IMG/VR virus record: IMGVR_UViG_3300027816_000055
Source of the DNA: a virus
Length of the DNA stretch: 64,000 nucleotides
Reading direction: 5' to 3' (one strand)
The notes under the pieces were generated by a model, which worked only from the letters and a program-made list of their open reading frames with translations, was not told the origin of the DNA and searched no databases. The position numbers and the translations under genes were made by a program. Of the stretch, positions 9,352-18,871 are shown in pieces (position 1 is the stretch's first letter; each line of letters opens with the position of its first letter).

Positions 9352-10707
9352 ATGATCATAGATAGTGAAAAAGAATATCTAAAATTTCTTGATAATTACA
9401 ATCAACATGATTTAATTGTCAATACATTGGGATGTGATGAACGATATCATCCTGTTGTAGACGAATTGTGCGCCGTGTTTATTAAAAGTATTACCGATGG
9501 TAGAGATTTTACATTGAGTGTAAATCATCCAGATGGTGTATGGAATATTGATAAAGTTCGACTGGCAATCGACTTGAATAAATTAAATACAAATATATGG
9601 ACATTCGATAAGAAGAAAACTTTACATTTTTTGCCCGTCTTGAAATTGAAAGATATTCAAGTTTACGATTACATGGAAACAGGCGAAATTGTTGATGTAA
9701 CTCAGTATCAATCAAATGTTTATGCATTTTATAAGCATATGTATGGCAAATATAGTGATTTGAATTGCGTTATTCCACTATCAGTACATATTGCTAGTTT
9801 CGAAAATTTATCTGATAGCGTACTTGCACGTATTCGTGGAGTAAACACCGATCAAATTTTCAATCGTATTAATACTGAAATTGTTGAAAGTTTTCAGTCT
9901 ATTGAATCAAATGGCTTGAAAATTGATGAAGTGTTGTTTCAACAACACTTTGGGCACAAAGAATGTAAAATCAAAAACGGGTTTGCTCACACTGAGTATA
10001 ATTTGTTTACATCTACGGGTCGGCCAAGTAACCGATTTGGTAACATCAATTATGCTGCTCTCAAAAAAGACGATGGTTGTCGATCTGCATTTGTTAGTCG
10101 TTATGGAAATGACGGATATTTGTTTATGATTGACTATAGTGCATATCATCCACGTTTGATTGCACAATTGGTACGTTACAATCTTCCTGAAGATGTTTAC
10201 AATTATTTGGGTCAGTCGTACTTCAACAAAGACATATTATCTGATGAAGAATTGAAGGCGGCAAAAACAACTACCTTTCAATTATTGTATGGCAATATTC
10301 CAGAAAAATATGTTCACATTCCATTCTTTGTAAAAATCAAAGACTATATTGAACACAGATGGAATCATTTTACAACACACGGATATGTCGAAACGCCAAT
10401 ATATAAGCGTCGTATCACTCCAAACAACATCAGTGAACCAAGTCCAAATAAGCTGTTTAACTATATTTTACAGGCAACCGAAACGGAGTACAACACTGCT
10501 GTATTACGTGATTTGGTAGTGCATCTAAAAAATAGACTAACCAAGCCTATTTTGTATACATATGATTCTGTACTTTTTGATGTCAGCAATCAAGATGGTA
10601 TTGAAATTTTGAGAGAAATTAAAAATATTATGTCGCCTAATAATAATTTTCCTGTAAAATGTTATAAAGGAAACAATTATAATGAAATGCATATAATAAG
10701 TGTATAA
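9352..10707 (+). CDS. Truncated family-A DNA polymerase-like protein (thumb deleted, variant motifs)
   Basis: 'IESNGLKID', 'HTEYNLFTSTGRPS', motif A 'IDYSAYHPR', motif B 'KTTTFQLLYG', motif C 'YTYDSVLFD'. Confidence 0.8.
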   Translation: MIIDSEKEYLKFLDNYNQHDLIVNTLGCDERYHPVVDELCAVFIKSITDGRDFTLSVNHPDGVWNIDKVRLAIDLNKLNTNIWTFDKKKTLHFLPVLKLKDIQVYDYMETGEIVDVTQYQSNVYAFYKHMYGKYSDLNCVIPLSVHIASFENLSDSVLARIRGVNTDQIFNRINTEIVESFQSIESNGLKIDEVLFQQHFGHKECKIKNGFAHTEYNLFTSTGRPSNRFGNINYAALKKDDGCRSAFVSRYGNDGYLFMIDYSAYHPRLIAQLVRYNLPEDVYNYLGQSYFNKDILSDEELKAAKTTTFQLLYGNIPEKYVHIPFFVKIKDYIEHRWNHFTTHGYVETPIYKRRITPNNISEPSPNKLFNYILQATETEYNTAVLRDLVVHLKNRLTKPILYTYDSVLFDVSNQDGIEILREIKNIMSPNNNFPVKCYKGNNYNEMHIISV

Positions 10708-10737
10708 TAATGGATTTTTCAAATATATTTATTATGG

Positions 10738-11412
10738 ATGAAAGAAATCTATAATAAAGTTTTGGAAGCGGTCGCAATTGATCCCCGTTTAGACACAGGT
10801 ATTTTTGATGTATTAAACAATGATCATTTGTCTGTTTTTCGTGAATATCTAGTAAAAGAAGGTATTTCTGAAGATACCGCTATTGCTGCCAGCAACAAAC
10901 TGGCAGAAGCGGGTAGATTTCCAGAGCGACAAGCTTATAACAAAGATGGTTTGTTGGTAACATTTCCTTCACCAGAACACAAACAACGCGCAATTGCTAG
11001 AGGAACTCATTTTGAGAGAAATCCAAAATCAGCACAAGTAAATATTTTTGGTGCTGAAACACAACCTCAACAACCGGCACAACCAGCACCAGCACAACAA
11101 ACAGTTGCTCCTACAACTATTGCAAAACCTGCTGCACCCACACAAGCACCCGTTAAACAGTCAGTTGCTACAACGCAATCTGCGGATGTTACTCCTGTAA
11201 ATGCCGATAATCGCACACCAGAAGAAAGAGCGGCAGACGCAAATGCGGTGGAAAAAATGTTAAAGACTGAAGGAAAGTCATATACTTTGTCCGAAGCAAT
11301 TGCATTTGGATTCTACTCAAAGAACAATATATGGTATACATCGGATGGTGAAAAAGTTGGTCGCTTGTGGTATGTGGCAGATCGCAAACAACAAATTATA
11401 TTGCCATGTTAA
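10738..11412 (+). CDS. Hypothetical protein with Pro/Gln/Ala/Thr-rich linker
   Basis: 224 aa ORF; low-complexity central segment; ATATTTAT 5 nt upstream. Confidence 0.65.
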   Translation: MKEIYNKVLEAVAIDPRLDTGIFDVLNNDHLSVFREYLVKEGISEDTAIAASNKLAEAGRFPERQAYNKDGLLVTFPSPEHKQRAIARGTHFERNPKSAQVNIFGAETQPQQPAQPAPAQQTVAPTTIAKPAAPTQAPVKQSVATTQSADVTPVNADNRTPEERAADANAVEKMLKTEGKSYTLSEAIAFGFYSKNNIWYTSDGEKVGRLWYVADRKQQIILPC

Positions 11413-11807
11413 CGAGAGAAAAACAACTTTTATGCACATTTACGAATAATGGAGATTATTCGTTATTACTCTCTAAAATTTCAAATTTTTATACAATTTT
11501 AGAACATAAACTTTTTATTTTTGCAAATGTAACAAATTTGAAAGAATATTATCTTACATACAATGTTGACTGTAGAAATACAACGGTCGGCAAATTTCCA
11601 AACACCATTAGTATACATCGCAAGAAAATGTATAATACATTGTATACTTTAAATGGAATGAATAGACTCATTACAGACGAAAACAACGGAGTATTTGATA
11701 AAACATATCAACTCAATTGGGAATTATACAGAAACTCATTGATTTTGACTACGGATATCGGCGTCAAAGTGGTTGGTCTCAAGTTGGTAGACATTGTTAC
11801 GATGTGA
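11406..11807 (+). CDS. Hypothetical protein
   Basis: ATG at 11406 overlapping the upstream stop; 133 aa. Confidence 0.65.
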   Translation: MLTREKQLLCTFTNNGDYSLLLSKISNFYTILEHKLFIFANVTNLKEYYLTYNVDCRNTTVGKFPNTISIHRKKMYNTLYTLNGMNRLITDENNGVFDKTYQLNWELYRNSLILTTDIGVKVVGLKLVDIVTM

Positions 11808-11847
11808 CTTTTTATAGTTTTCATTAGTTTTTATACAAAAAAATTTC

Positions 11848-11875
11848 TTGTGGTTTTTGAAAATCACTCTATACT
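11848..11875 (+). promoter_or_regulatory. sigma70-type promoter for SSB
   Basis: TTGTGG(11848)-16 nt-TATACT(11870-11875). Confidence 0.45.
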
Positions 11876-11957
11876 TATACGTGTATTAAATGATGCACTG
11901 TCTCTAGTGAGACGATTATTATCTAATACACACTTAACAATTAATAAATTAAAAATT

Positions 11958-12785
11958 ATGGCATTACCATCAAATAAAATTAAGAGTATTCTTAACTCTA
12001 TTCAAAACGTTAACAACAAAACTTCTTCTGTTTGGAAGCCTGAACCCGGAATCCACAACATTCGTATTGTTCCTTACAAGTTCAACCCTGATCAATTCAG
12101 CTTTATTGAGTTGAAGTTCCATTATGGCTTGAAGGTCAAGGATGCAACCGGTAAGATTGTAGAACGTACTTTCTTGTCTCCAGACTCCTTTAATCGTCCC
12201 GATCCTATTGTCGAATTTGCAAATAGATTGCAAAAGACTGGTGATAAGGAAGATTGGAAGCGTGGTCGCAATTTGCTTCCAAAGCAACGTACCTATGCAC
12301 CTATTTTGGTTCGTGGTAAAGAAAATGAAGGAATCAAGTTTTGGGGATTCGGCAAGACTGTGTATGAAACAATCTTGAAGGCATGTGACGAAGAAGTATT
12401 CGGTGATATTAGTGATCCAACAACTGGACATGATATTATTGTTGAATACAAGGAGGCTGGACCTAGTGCTGGTGGAAAGAATTTTCCAACAACAACAATT
12501 ACTGTGAAGGGTAAGGCAACTCCTGCAATCGACGAGCCGCGTAAGCACATCTTGGACTTCCAGAAGAATATTTTGGAATTGTTTCCAGAACCTACTTACG
12601 ACCAGTTGTATAACATCATGACTGAAATGTTGTCTGCTGGTACTACGGAAGAATCTACGGATGATACCGTAGTAGAACCAACTGATGATGCTATTGCAGC
12701 AAATACTTCTCCAACTGCTGCATCGGCACAAAGTAACACTCCAAGTGTAAACGATCAATTCGATAAGTTATTTGGAAAGAAATAA
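11958..12785 (+). CDS. Single-stranded DNA-binding protein, T4 gp32-like
   Basis: 'WKPEPGIHNIRIVPY', 'DPIVEFAN', 'IKFWGFGKTVYETI', 'DISDPTTGHDI', acidic tail ending 'FDKLF'; start reassigned to ATG 11958. Confidence 0.85.
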   Translation: MALPSNKIKSILNSIQNVNNKTSSVWKPEPGIHNIRIVPYKFNPDQFSFIELKFHYGLKVKDATGKIVERTFLSPDSFNRPDPIVEFANRLQKTGDKEDWKRGRNLLPKQRTYAPILVRGKENEGIKFWGFGKTVYETILKACDEEVFGDISDPTTGHDIIVEYKEAGPSAGGKNFPTTTITVKGKATPAIDEPRKHILDFQKNILELFPEPTYDQLYNIMTEMLSAGTTEESTDDTVVEPTDDAIAANTSPTAASAQSNTPSVNDQFDKLFGKK

Positions 12786-12802
12786 ATTAAATTGATAAAC
12801 AT

Positions 12803-12836
12803 AGGATGATGACATATAATGTCATCATCCTTTTTT
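12803..12836 (+). terminator. Rho-independent terminator after SSB
   Basis: Perfect 13-bp stem AGGATGATGACAT/ATGTCATCATCCT followed by a T run. Confidence 0.85.
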
Positions 12837-12879
12837 AGTATGTACGTAATGAAGGAAAAAATAAACATTTATAAACTAT

Positions 12880-14094
12880 ATGGCAAAAACAAGTAAAAAC
12901 ACAAACGAATCTGAAGATTCAAAGAAGAAAAGCACAAAATCTGTTAGTAAGAACGATTCTCTATTAGCAAATTTAGCAGCGGAATTAAATAAAAATAACA
13001 AAGAAGGTGGCAAAATTGCATACTTTCTTGATGAGCAAGATGATCCATCTACAATCAGTGATTGGATTAGCACCGGTTCAAGTTTATTGGATCTTGCAAT
13101 TAGTAATCGACCAAATGGTGGATTGCCAGTTGGACGAATGGTCGAATTTAACGGCTTAGAAGGAACCGGAAAAAGTTTGGTGAGCGCACACATTGTAGCG
13201 AATACACAAAAGAAAGGCGGCAAAGCAATCTTTATTGACACAGAAAATGCTGCCGCACCTGACTTTTGGAAGAGCTTGGGTGTAGATTTGTCAAATCTAT
13301 TGTATATTCAACGTGAAACAGTAGAAGATATTTTTACCACAATGGAGCAAGCAATCGCATATATTCGTAAAGATCAACCCGATGCATTGTTAACAATTAT
13401 TGTTGATAGTGTAGCGGCAGCATCTACAAAAGCTGAGATGGAAAGTGATCATGGTAAAGACGGATATGCCACGGGTAAAGCAATTATTATTAGTAAAGCA
13501 CTTCGTAAAATTACTAGTATGATTGGTCGTCAAAAAGTATTGATTGTATTCACAAATCAATTGCGTCAAAATTTAAATGCAAGTCCTTTTGGTGATCAAT
13601 ATACAGTTAGCGGTGGCAAAGGATTGCCTTACCATTGCAGTGTTCGTGTACGACTAAACAACGCAGGTCAATTAAAGTTACCAGACAAGACTGTTATTGG
13701 CAATGAATGTAAAGCTGTGGTTGTAAAGAATCGTATGGGACCACCACAACGTCATGTATTTTTCAATATTTATTTTGATAGCGGTATTGCTGATTATGCA
13801 AGCTGGTTAGAAGTATTGAAAGAAAAAGCTTATGTTAAACCAGCCGGTAGTGCTGGATTAAAATATGTCGCATTGAACGGCGACGAAGTTGTATTTAAAT
13901 CTGAAAGTTTCATCAAGCTTTTGGATGAACGCCCAGAGTTTAAAACCGAAATGTATAATCGTATTTGTGATGCAGTAATCATGCAATATAAAAATGCAAA
14001 TAGCACTATTATTGATTCATCCGCAAATGCTGATGAAGATGCGGAAATGATTGCTGACGAATCCGATATTGATCATTCAGAAGAAAACAATTAA
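12880..14094 (+). CDS. recA: RecA/UvsX recombinase
   Basis: 'WISTGSSLLDLAI', Walker A 'GLEGTGKS', 'FIDTENA', 'IVDSVAA', 'FTNQLR', 'SGGKGLPYHCSVR'. Confidence 0.93.
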   Translation: MAKTSKNTNESEDSKKKSTKSVSKNDSLLANLAAELNKNNKEGGKIAYFLDEQDDPSTISDWISTGSSLLDLAISNRPNGGLPVGRMVEFNGLEGTGKSLVSAHIVANTQKKGGKAIFIDTENAAAPDFWKSLGVDLSNLLYIQRETVEDIFTTMEQAIAYIRKDQPDALLTIIVDSVAAASTKAEMESDHGKDGYATGKAIIISKALRKITSMIGRQKVLIVFTNQLRQNLNASPFGDQYTVSGGKGLPYHCSVRVRLNNAGQLKLPDKTVIGNECKAVVVKNRMGPPQRHVFFNIYFDSGIADYASWLEVLKEKAYVKPAGSAGLKYVALNGDEVVFKSESFIKLLDERPEFKTEMYNRICDAVIMQYKNANSTIIDSSANADEDAEMIADESDIDHSEENN

Positions 14095-14098
14095 TTAT

Positions 14099-15157
14099 AT
14101 GGACCCAATCACATCAGAAGATCGTAAAAAATTATTTTCTATGTTTCAAAACATGGAATTAAACACCAAGCCTGTTGAACGTATGTTGAACAGTGAAGTT
14201 CTTTTGGTGGATGGGTTGAATTGTTTCTTTCGTTCATTTATGGCTGTGCCAAGTCTAAATGACAATGGATTACACGTTGGAGGCATAGCTGGCTTTTTAC
14301 AAAGTATTGGTTATGCCTCCAAACTTTTAAATCCAACTCGTATTGTCATTGTTTTTGATGGCAGCGGTGGCAGTATGAAGCGCAGAAAAATATTTCCAGA
14401 ATATAAGGAGCGCAGAAAAACTAATTTAAAGTATAATAGAAGTTATGAGGAATTGACGACCGATGAACAAGAAGATAGAAATATTCAATCACAATTATTG
14501 CGACTGATTGGATATCTTGATGCATTGCCTGTGACTGTGATGAGTGTTGATCATGTAGAAGCAGATGACACCATTGCATACGCGGCAAATGAATATTTTA
14601 AAGATAGCAATAAAGTATATATCATGAGCACAGACAAGGATTATTTACAATTGGTCAATGAAAAGATCAATGTATGGAGTCCAACCAAAAAGAAACTTTA
14701 TGGATGTGCAGAAATTTTATTGGAGTATGGAATTAGTTGTGAAAACTTTCTAAATTACAGAATACTTAGTGGTGATGAAAGTGACAATATTGATGGAATA
14801 CAAGGCAGTGGATTAAAAACTGTATTAAAGTGTTTTCCACAATTTGCAGAGCATACACAAATGTCATTGGAGCAAATATATACACATTGCGAACAGAACA
14901 AAAAGAAATATAAACTATATTCTTCTATTTTAGAAAACAAGAGCATTGTTGAAAGAAACTATGCACTGATGCAATTGAAAGATACACAATTGCAATCATT
15001 TACACAATTACGTGTTAATGAGATACTTAATAAACCTATTGGAATATTAAATAGAATGCGTTTTAGCAAATTGATTGCAGAAGATAGAATGTGGAACAAT
15101 ATAAAAAATCATCATACTTGGTTATCGGATACATTCGGTCGATTGATCGTCTCCTAA
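14099..15157 (+). CDS. 5'-3' exonuclease / RNase H (T4 rnh, FEN-like)
   Basis: 'LLVDGLN', 'VFDG', 'YKERR', 'VEADDTIA', 'STDKDYLQL', 'LSGDESDNIDGIQGSG'. Confidence 0.9.
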   Translation: MDPITSEDRKKLFSMFQNMELNTKPVERMLNSEVLLVDGLNCFFRSFMAVPSLNDNGLHVGGIAGFLQSIGYASKLLNPTRIVIVFDGSGGSMKRRKIFPEYKERRKTNLKYNRSYEELTTDEQEDRNIQSQLLRLIGYLDALPVTVMSVDHVEADDTIAYAANEYFKDSNKVYIMSTDKDYLQLVNEKINVWSPTKKKLYGCAEILLEYGISCENFLNYRILSGDESDNIDGIQGSGLKTVLKCFPQFAEHTQMSLEQIYTHCEQNKKKYKLYSSILENKSIVERNYALMQLKDTQLQSFTQLRVNEILNKPIGILNRMRFSKLIAEDRMWNNIKNHHTWLSDTFGRLIVS

Positions 15158-15175
15158 CTTTCAGAATATAATAAG

Positions 15176-15204
15176 TTGCGGAACTGAAAAACATCGTCTA
15201 TAGT
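15176..15204 (+). promoter_or_regulatory. sigma70-type promoter for helicase
   Basis: TTGCGG(15176)-17 nt-TATAGT(15199-15204). Confidence 0.5.
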
Positions 15205-15249
15205 GGACACTCGCTTAGAAAAGTTGGTAGAAACTATAACACATATTAT

Positions 15250-16638
15250 ATGCAAGTAATCGATAACCTAAAAAAGTTCGGACCTGAATTTCAACTTAAG
15301 TGCATCAGCGGCTTAATTAGTGATAAACCATTCATGGAGCGTATCAACGACATTGTTGATCCTCTTAGTTTTGAAAGTGATGCCAATCAGTGGATTGTTA
15401 AGACTGCCCTCAAATATTTTTTGAAGTTCAAGGAACTGCCTACATTGACTGCGTTTCAAGTTGAACTTGATGCGGTTGAACAGGAAGAATTAAAGAATCA
15501 AGTTGTAACACAGTTGCGGTTGGTTTTCAACAAAATCACTGATAGTGATTTGATGTATGTCAAAGAGCAATTTTTAGAGTTCTGTCGAAATCAGACTTTG
15601 AAGAATGCAATCATGGAAAGTGTTGATCATTTGCAGCGCGGTCATTACGAAAAGATTAAAAGCGTTGTTGATCATGCCATGAAAGCTGGTATGGAGCGCA
15701 ATATCGGTCATGATTATATGACAGATGTTGACAAGCGAATGAGTGTGATGTCTCGAAATACTATTTCTACCAAATGGCAAGTTGTGGATCAAATCATGGA
15801 TGGTGGTCTAGCTGCTGGTGAAATGGGTATTGTAACCGCATGCGCTGGATCTGGTAAGAGTTGGGTCTTGGCTAAACTTGGTGCCGAGGCTATGAGACAG
15901 GGTAAAAATGTTTTGCATTTTACTCTTGAATTGAATGAAAATTATGTTGGTTTGCGTTATGACGCGTGTTTCACCGGTATTGATTTTCAAAACATTCGCA
16001 ACAATATCGGTATTGTAAAGGATCGTATTGCCAATGTTCCCGGCAAATTGATCATTAAGTATTTTCCAATTAAAACTGTTAGTGCTCACAATTTGAAAGC
16101 ACATGCAGAGAGATTGGCAATGTTGGGTACAAAGATTGATATGATGGTAGTCGATTATGCAGATATTCTACGTCCATTTCAATCTGATCGTAATGCAAAC
16201 AGCTATAGCGAAGCAGGTGGTATTTATGAAGAACTACGTGCTGTTGCGGGAGAATTGCAAATTCCTATTTGGACTGCTTCACAAAGCAATCGTGCCGGTA
16301 TGGAAGAAGACGTATTAACCGCAATGAATATTAGCGATAGCTATCGTAAAATCATGACGGCAGATTTCGTATTATCTGTAAGTCGCAAGACTCAGGATAA
16401 GCAAGCCAATACTGCTCGTTTTCATATCATTAAAAATCGTTTCGGTCCAGATGGATTGACTTTTCCTGCTCGTATGAACGCTGGTTGTGGAGATATTCAA
16501 TTGTTTGACGAAGGTAGCCGCGAAGGTGCTGCATTGATTAATGAAATGAATCAAAGCGAAAATATTGTGAAGAAAATGATGAAAAGTAAGTGGGACGAAC
16601 ACATGGGTCGCAATCGTGAAGACGACGGAGACAACTAA
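15250..16638 (+). CDS. dnaB: Replicative DNA helicase (DnaB / T4 gp41-like)
   Basis: Walker A 'ACAGSGKS', 'FTLELNE', 'VVDYADIL', 'WTASQSNR', 'KNRFGPDG'. Confidence 0.9.
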   Translation: MQVIDNLKKFGPEFQLKCISGLISDKPFMERINDIVDPLSFESDANQWIVKTALKYFLKFKELPTLTAFQVELDAVEQEELKNQVVTQLRLVFNKITDSDLMYVKEQFLEFCRNQTLKNAIMESVDHLQRGHYEKIKSVVDHAMKAGMERNIGHDYMTDVDKRMSVMSRNTISTKWQVVDQIMDGGLAAGEMGIVTACAGSGKSWVLAKLGAEAMRQGKNVLHFTLELNENYVGLRYDACFTGIDFQNIRNNIGIVKDRIANVPGKLIIKYFPIKTVSAHNLKAHAERLAMLGTKIDMMVVDYADILRPFQSDRNANSYSEAGGIYEELRAVAGELQIPIWTASQSNRAGMEEDVLTAMNISDSYRKIMTADFVLSVSRKTQDKQANTARFHIIKNRFGPDGLTFPARMNAGCGDIQLFDEGSREGAALINEMNQSENIVKKMMKSKWDEHMGRNREDDGDN

Positions 16639-16663
16639 TCCATAGCAAATACAAAATGTAAAA

Positions 16664-16701
16664 TGCAAAAAATAATTTCTGAAATGAAATTATTTTTTGC
16701 A
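16664..16701. repeat. Perfect 16-bp inverted repeat
   Basis: TGCAAAAAATAATTTC-tgaaat-GAAATTATTTTTTGCA between the helicase and RNR genes. Confidence 0.8.
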
Positions 16702-16768
16702 ATAATACAATCATGTTCGATAATTATTTTTCACATTAAAACAAGTTACAAAAACAGTTAATTTATAT

Positions 16769-18757
16769 ATGAGTGATACAAAACTAATCATTACAGATGA
16801 TTTTGCCAATCAAGCAAAATACAAAAAACAACCAAATTGGGGATTTAACGGACTCGGCTATATCGTTTATAAAAGAACGTATGCGCGAGTGAAGGAAAAT
16901 GGAGAAACAGAAGAATGGAATGAAACCGTTCAGCGTTGTATTAACGGTGCTCAGAAAATTGGAGCACAATATACTCAAGCAGAAGCAGAGCGTTTATTTG
17001 ATTATGTTTATAATCTTAAGTGCAATTTTGCTGGCCGAATGCTTTGGCAGCTTGGAACAAGCACAGTAGATAGATTTGGAGCAAACAGCTTATTGAATTG
17101 TTGGTTTGCAAGCATGAATGAACCAAAAGCATTTTTGTTTCTTTTTGAGAATCTTATGCTTGGCGGTGGCGTAGGTTATAGTATTCGCCGTGAAGATGTT
17201 CATGAACTTCCAAAGATCAAGAAAGATGTAGTTATTACACATCAAGCAACCAAGGATGCAGATTTTATTGTTCCTGACAGTCGTGAAGGCTGGGTAAAAT
17301 TATTGGAACATGTATTGAATGCATTTTATGTAACCGGTAAGTCGTTTACATATAGTACTATTTTGATACGTGGTGCTGGTGAAAAAATCAACGGATTTGG
17401 TGGCAAAGCAAGCGGACCACAAATTCTTGTTGATGGTATGGCAAAAATAGTCAGTATTTTCCATAGTCGAGAAGGCAAGAAATTGCGTAGTATTGACGTA
17501 TTGGATGTATGCAATATTATTGGTAGTATTGTTGTAGCTGGCAATGTTCGTCGTAGTGCAGAAATTGCACTTGGTGATCCAGATGATATTCTTTATCTAC
17601 GTGCCAAAAATTGGAGTGCAGGTAATGTGCCAAATTGGCGAGCAATGAGTAACAATACATTGTATGTAGATGATTATAGTCATTTGCTTGCTGAATTCTG
17701 GACCAATGGTTATGAAATTAACAAAGACACTGGATTTGCCAACGGCGAACCATACGGTTTCTTTAATCTTCCTTTGTCACAAAAGTATGGACGTACCAAA
17801 GATGGATTGATGAAGGACAGTAATTTGTATCCTACCGACAGTGACAATGTAGTTGGAACCAATCCATGTGGTGAAATTAGTTTGAGTAATTATGAATGTT
17901 GTAATTTGTGCGAGTTATATTTGAACAATATTACAAGCAAGGAAGAGTTAATTGATTGTGCAAAATTGCTCTATAAAACTCAGAAAGCAATTGCGGCATT
18001 ACCATTCTTGCACGAAGAAACTAATAAGATCGTGCATAAAAATATGCGATTGGGTCTTGGTGTAACTGGCGTATGTCAATCATTAAATAAAATTGATTGG
18101 TTGGATGATTGCTATGTCGCTCTTCGTAAATTTGACAAACAATGGAGCAAAGAGCGTGGATGGTCAGAAAGTGTAAAGTTGACCACTGTCAAGCCAAGTG
18201 GAACACTCAGTTTGCTTGGGGGCGCAACTCCCGGTGTTCATCCTGCATATAGTAAATATTATCTACGCACTGTGCGAATGAGTAGTAGCGATAAGTTGGT
18301 ACAAATTTGTCGTGATCTTGGTTATCATACAGAATTCTTGTTGAATTTTGATGGAACGGAAAATCGGGATACTATTGTCGTTTATTTTCCATGCGAAACT
18401 CCAGAATCTGCAATTCTTGCAGACAATATGGATGTTATTAAACAACTTGAAATGGTTAAAAAGTTGCAATCTGTATGGAGTGATAATGCTGTCAGTGTAA
18501 CAGCATATTATAGCCCGGAAGAATTGGATGCTCTCAAAGACTGGTTGAAAGATAATTATAAGAATCATTTGAAGAGTGTGAGCTTCTTGTTGCGTCAAAA
18601 GCATGGATTCAAACAAGCTCCTTATCAAGAAATTGACAAGGAAACCTATGAAAAGTATAAATCAAAGGTGAAGCCTTTGAGTACCATTACCAACATTATT
18701 AGTGGTGATGTATTGCAAGGTATCGAATGTGAAGGTGGCGCATGTCCAATTCGTTAA
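16769..18757 (+). CDS. nrdJ: Class II (adenosylcobalamin-dependent) monomeric ribonucleotide reductase
   Basis: 'LLNCWF', 'GGGVG', 'GNVRRSA', 'TNPCGEI', 'TTVKPSGT', C-terminal 'CEGGACPIR'. Confidence 0.92.
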   Translation: MSDTKLIITDDFANQAKYKKQPNWGFNGLGYIVYKRTYARVKENGETEEWNETVQRCINGAQKIGAQYTQAEAERLFDYVYNLKCNFAGRMLWQLGTSTVDRFGANSLLNCWFASMNEPKAFLFLFENLMLGGGVGYSIRREDVHELPKIKKDVVITHQATKDADFIVPDSREGWVKLLEHVLNAFYVTGKSFTYSTILIRGAGEKINGFGGKASGPQILVDGMAKIVSIFHSREGKKLRSIDVLDVCNIIGSIVVAGNVRRSAEIALGDPDDILYLRAKNWSAGNVPNWRAMSNNTLYVDDYSHLLAEFWTNGYEINKDTGFANGEPYGFFNLPLSQKYGRTKDGLMKDSNLYPTDSDNVVGTNPCGEISLSNYECCNLCELYLNNITSKEELIDCAKLLYKTQKAIAALPFLHEETNKIVHKNMRLGLGVTGVCQSLNKIDWLDDCYVALRKFDKQWSKERGWSESVKLTTVKPSGTLSLLGGATPGVHPAYSKYYLRTVRMSSSDKLVQICRDLGYHTEFLLNFDGTENRDTIVVYFPCETPESAILADNMDVIKQLEMVKKLQSVWSDNAVSVTAYYSPEELDALKDWLKDNYKNHLKSVSFLLRQKHGFKQAPYQEIDKETYEKYKSKVKPLSTITNIISGDVLQGIECEGGACPIR

Positions 18758-18774
18758 AATACTAAAAACAAGAC

Positions 18775-18804
18775 AAAATCCCGACATAATTGTCGGGATT
18801 TTTT
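18775..18804 (+). terminator. Rho-independent terminator after nrdJ
   Basis: AAAATCCCGACA-taat-TGTCGGGATTTT followed by Ts. Confidence 0.85.
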
Positions 18805-18871
18805 GTTTACATAGGCAAAAATAATACGCTGTATCTTATATTTGCCTATATTTATATTAAGATTATCATAT

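Noticed and set aside
11970-12758. Long antisense ORF opposite SSB (and similar shadow ORFs, e.g. 2290-2769, 21197-21694)
   Set aside because: They lie opposite well-supported genes, have no recognisable motifs and are expected as codon-bias shadows.
16769-18757. Intron/intein in nrdJ or PolB; cobalamin riboswitch or NrdR box upstream of nrdJ
   Set aside because: Both ORFs are uninterrupted and of normal length with no intein motifs; the upstream gap is AT-rich and I could not match either regulatory consensus.
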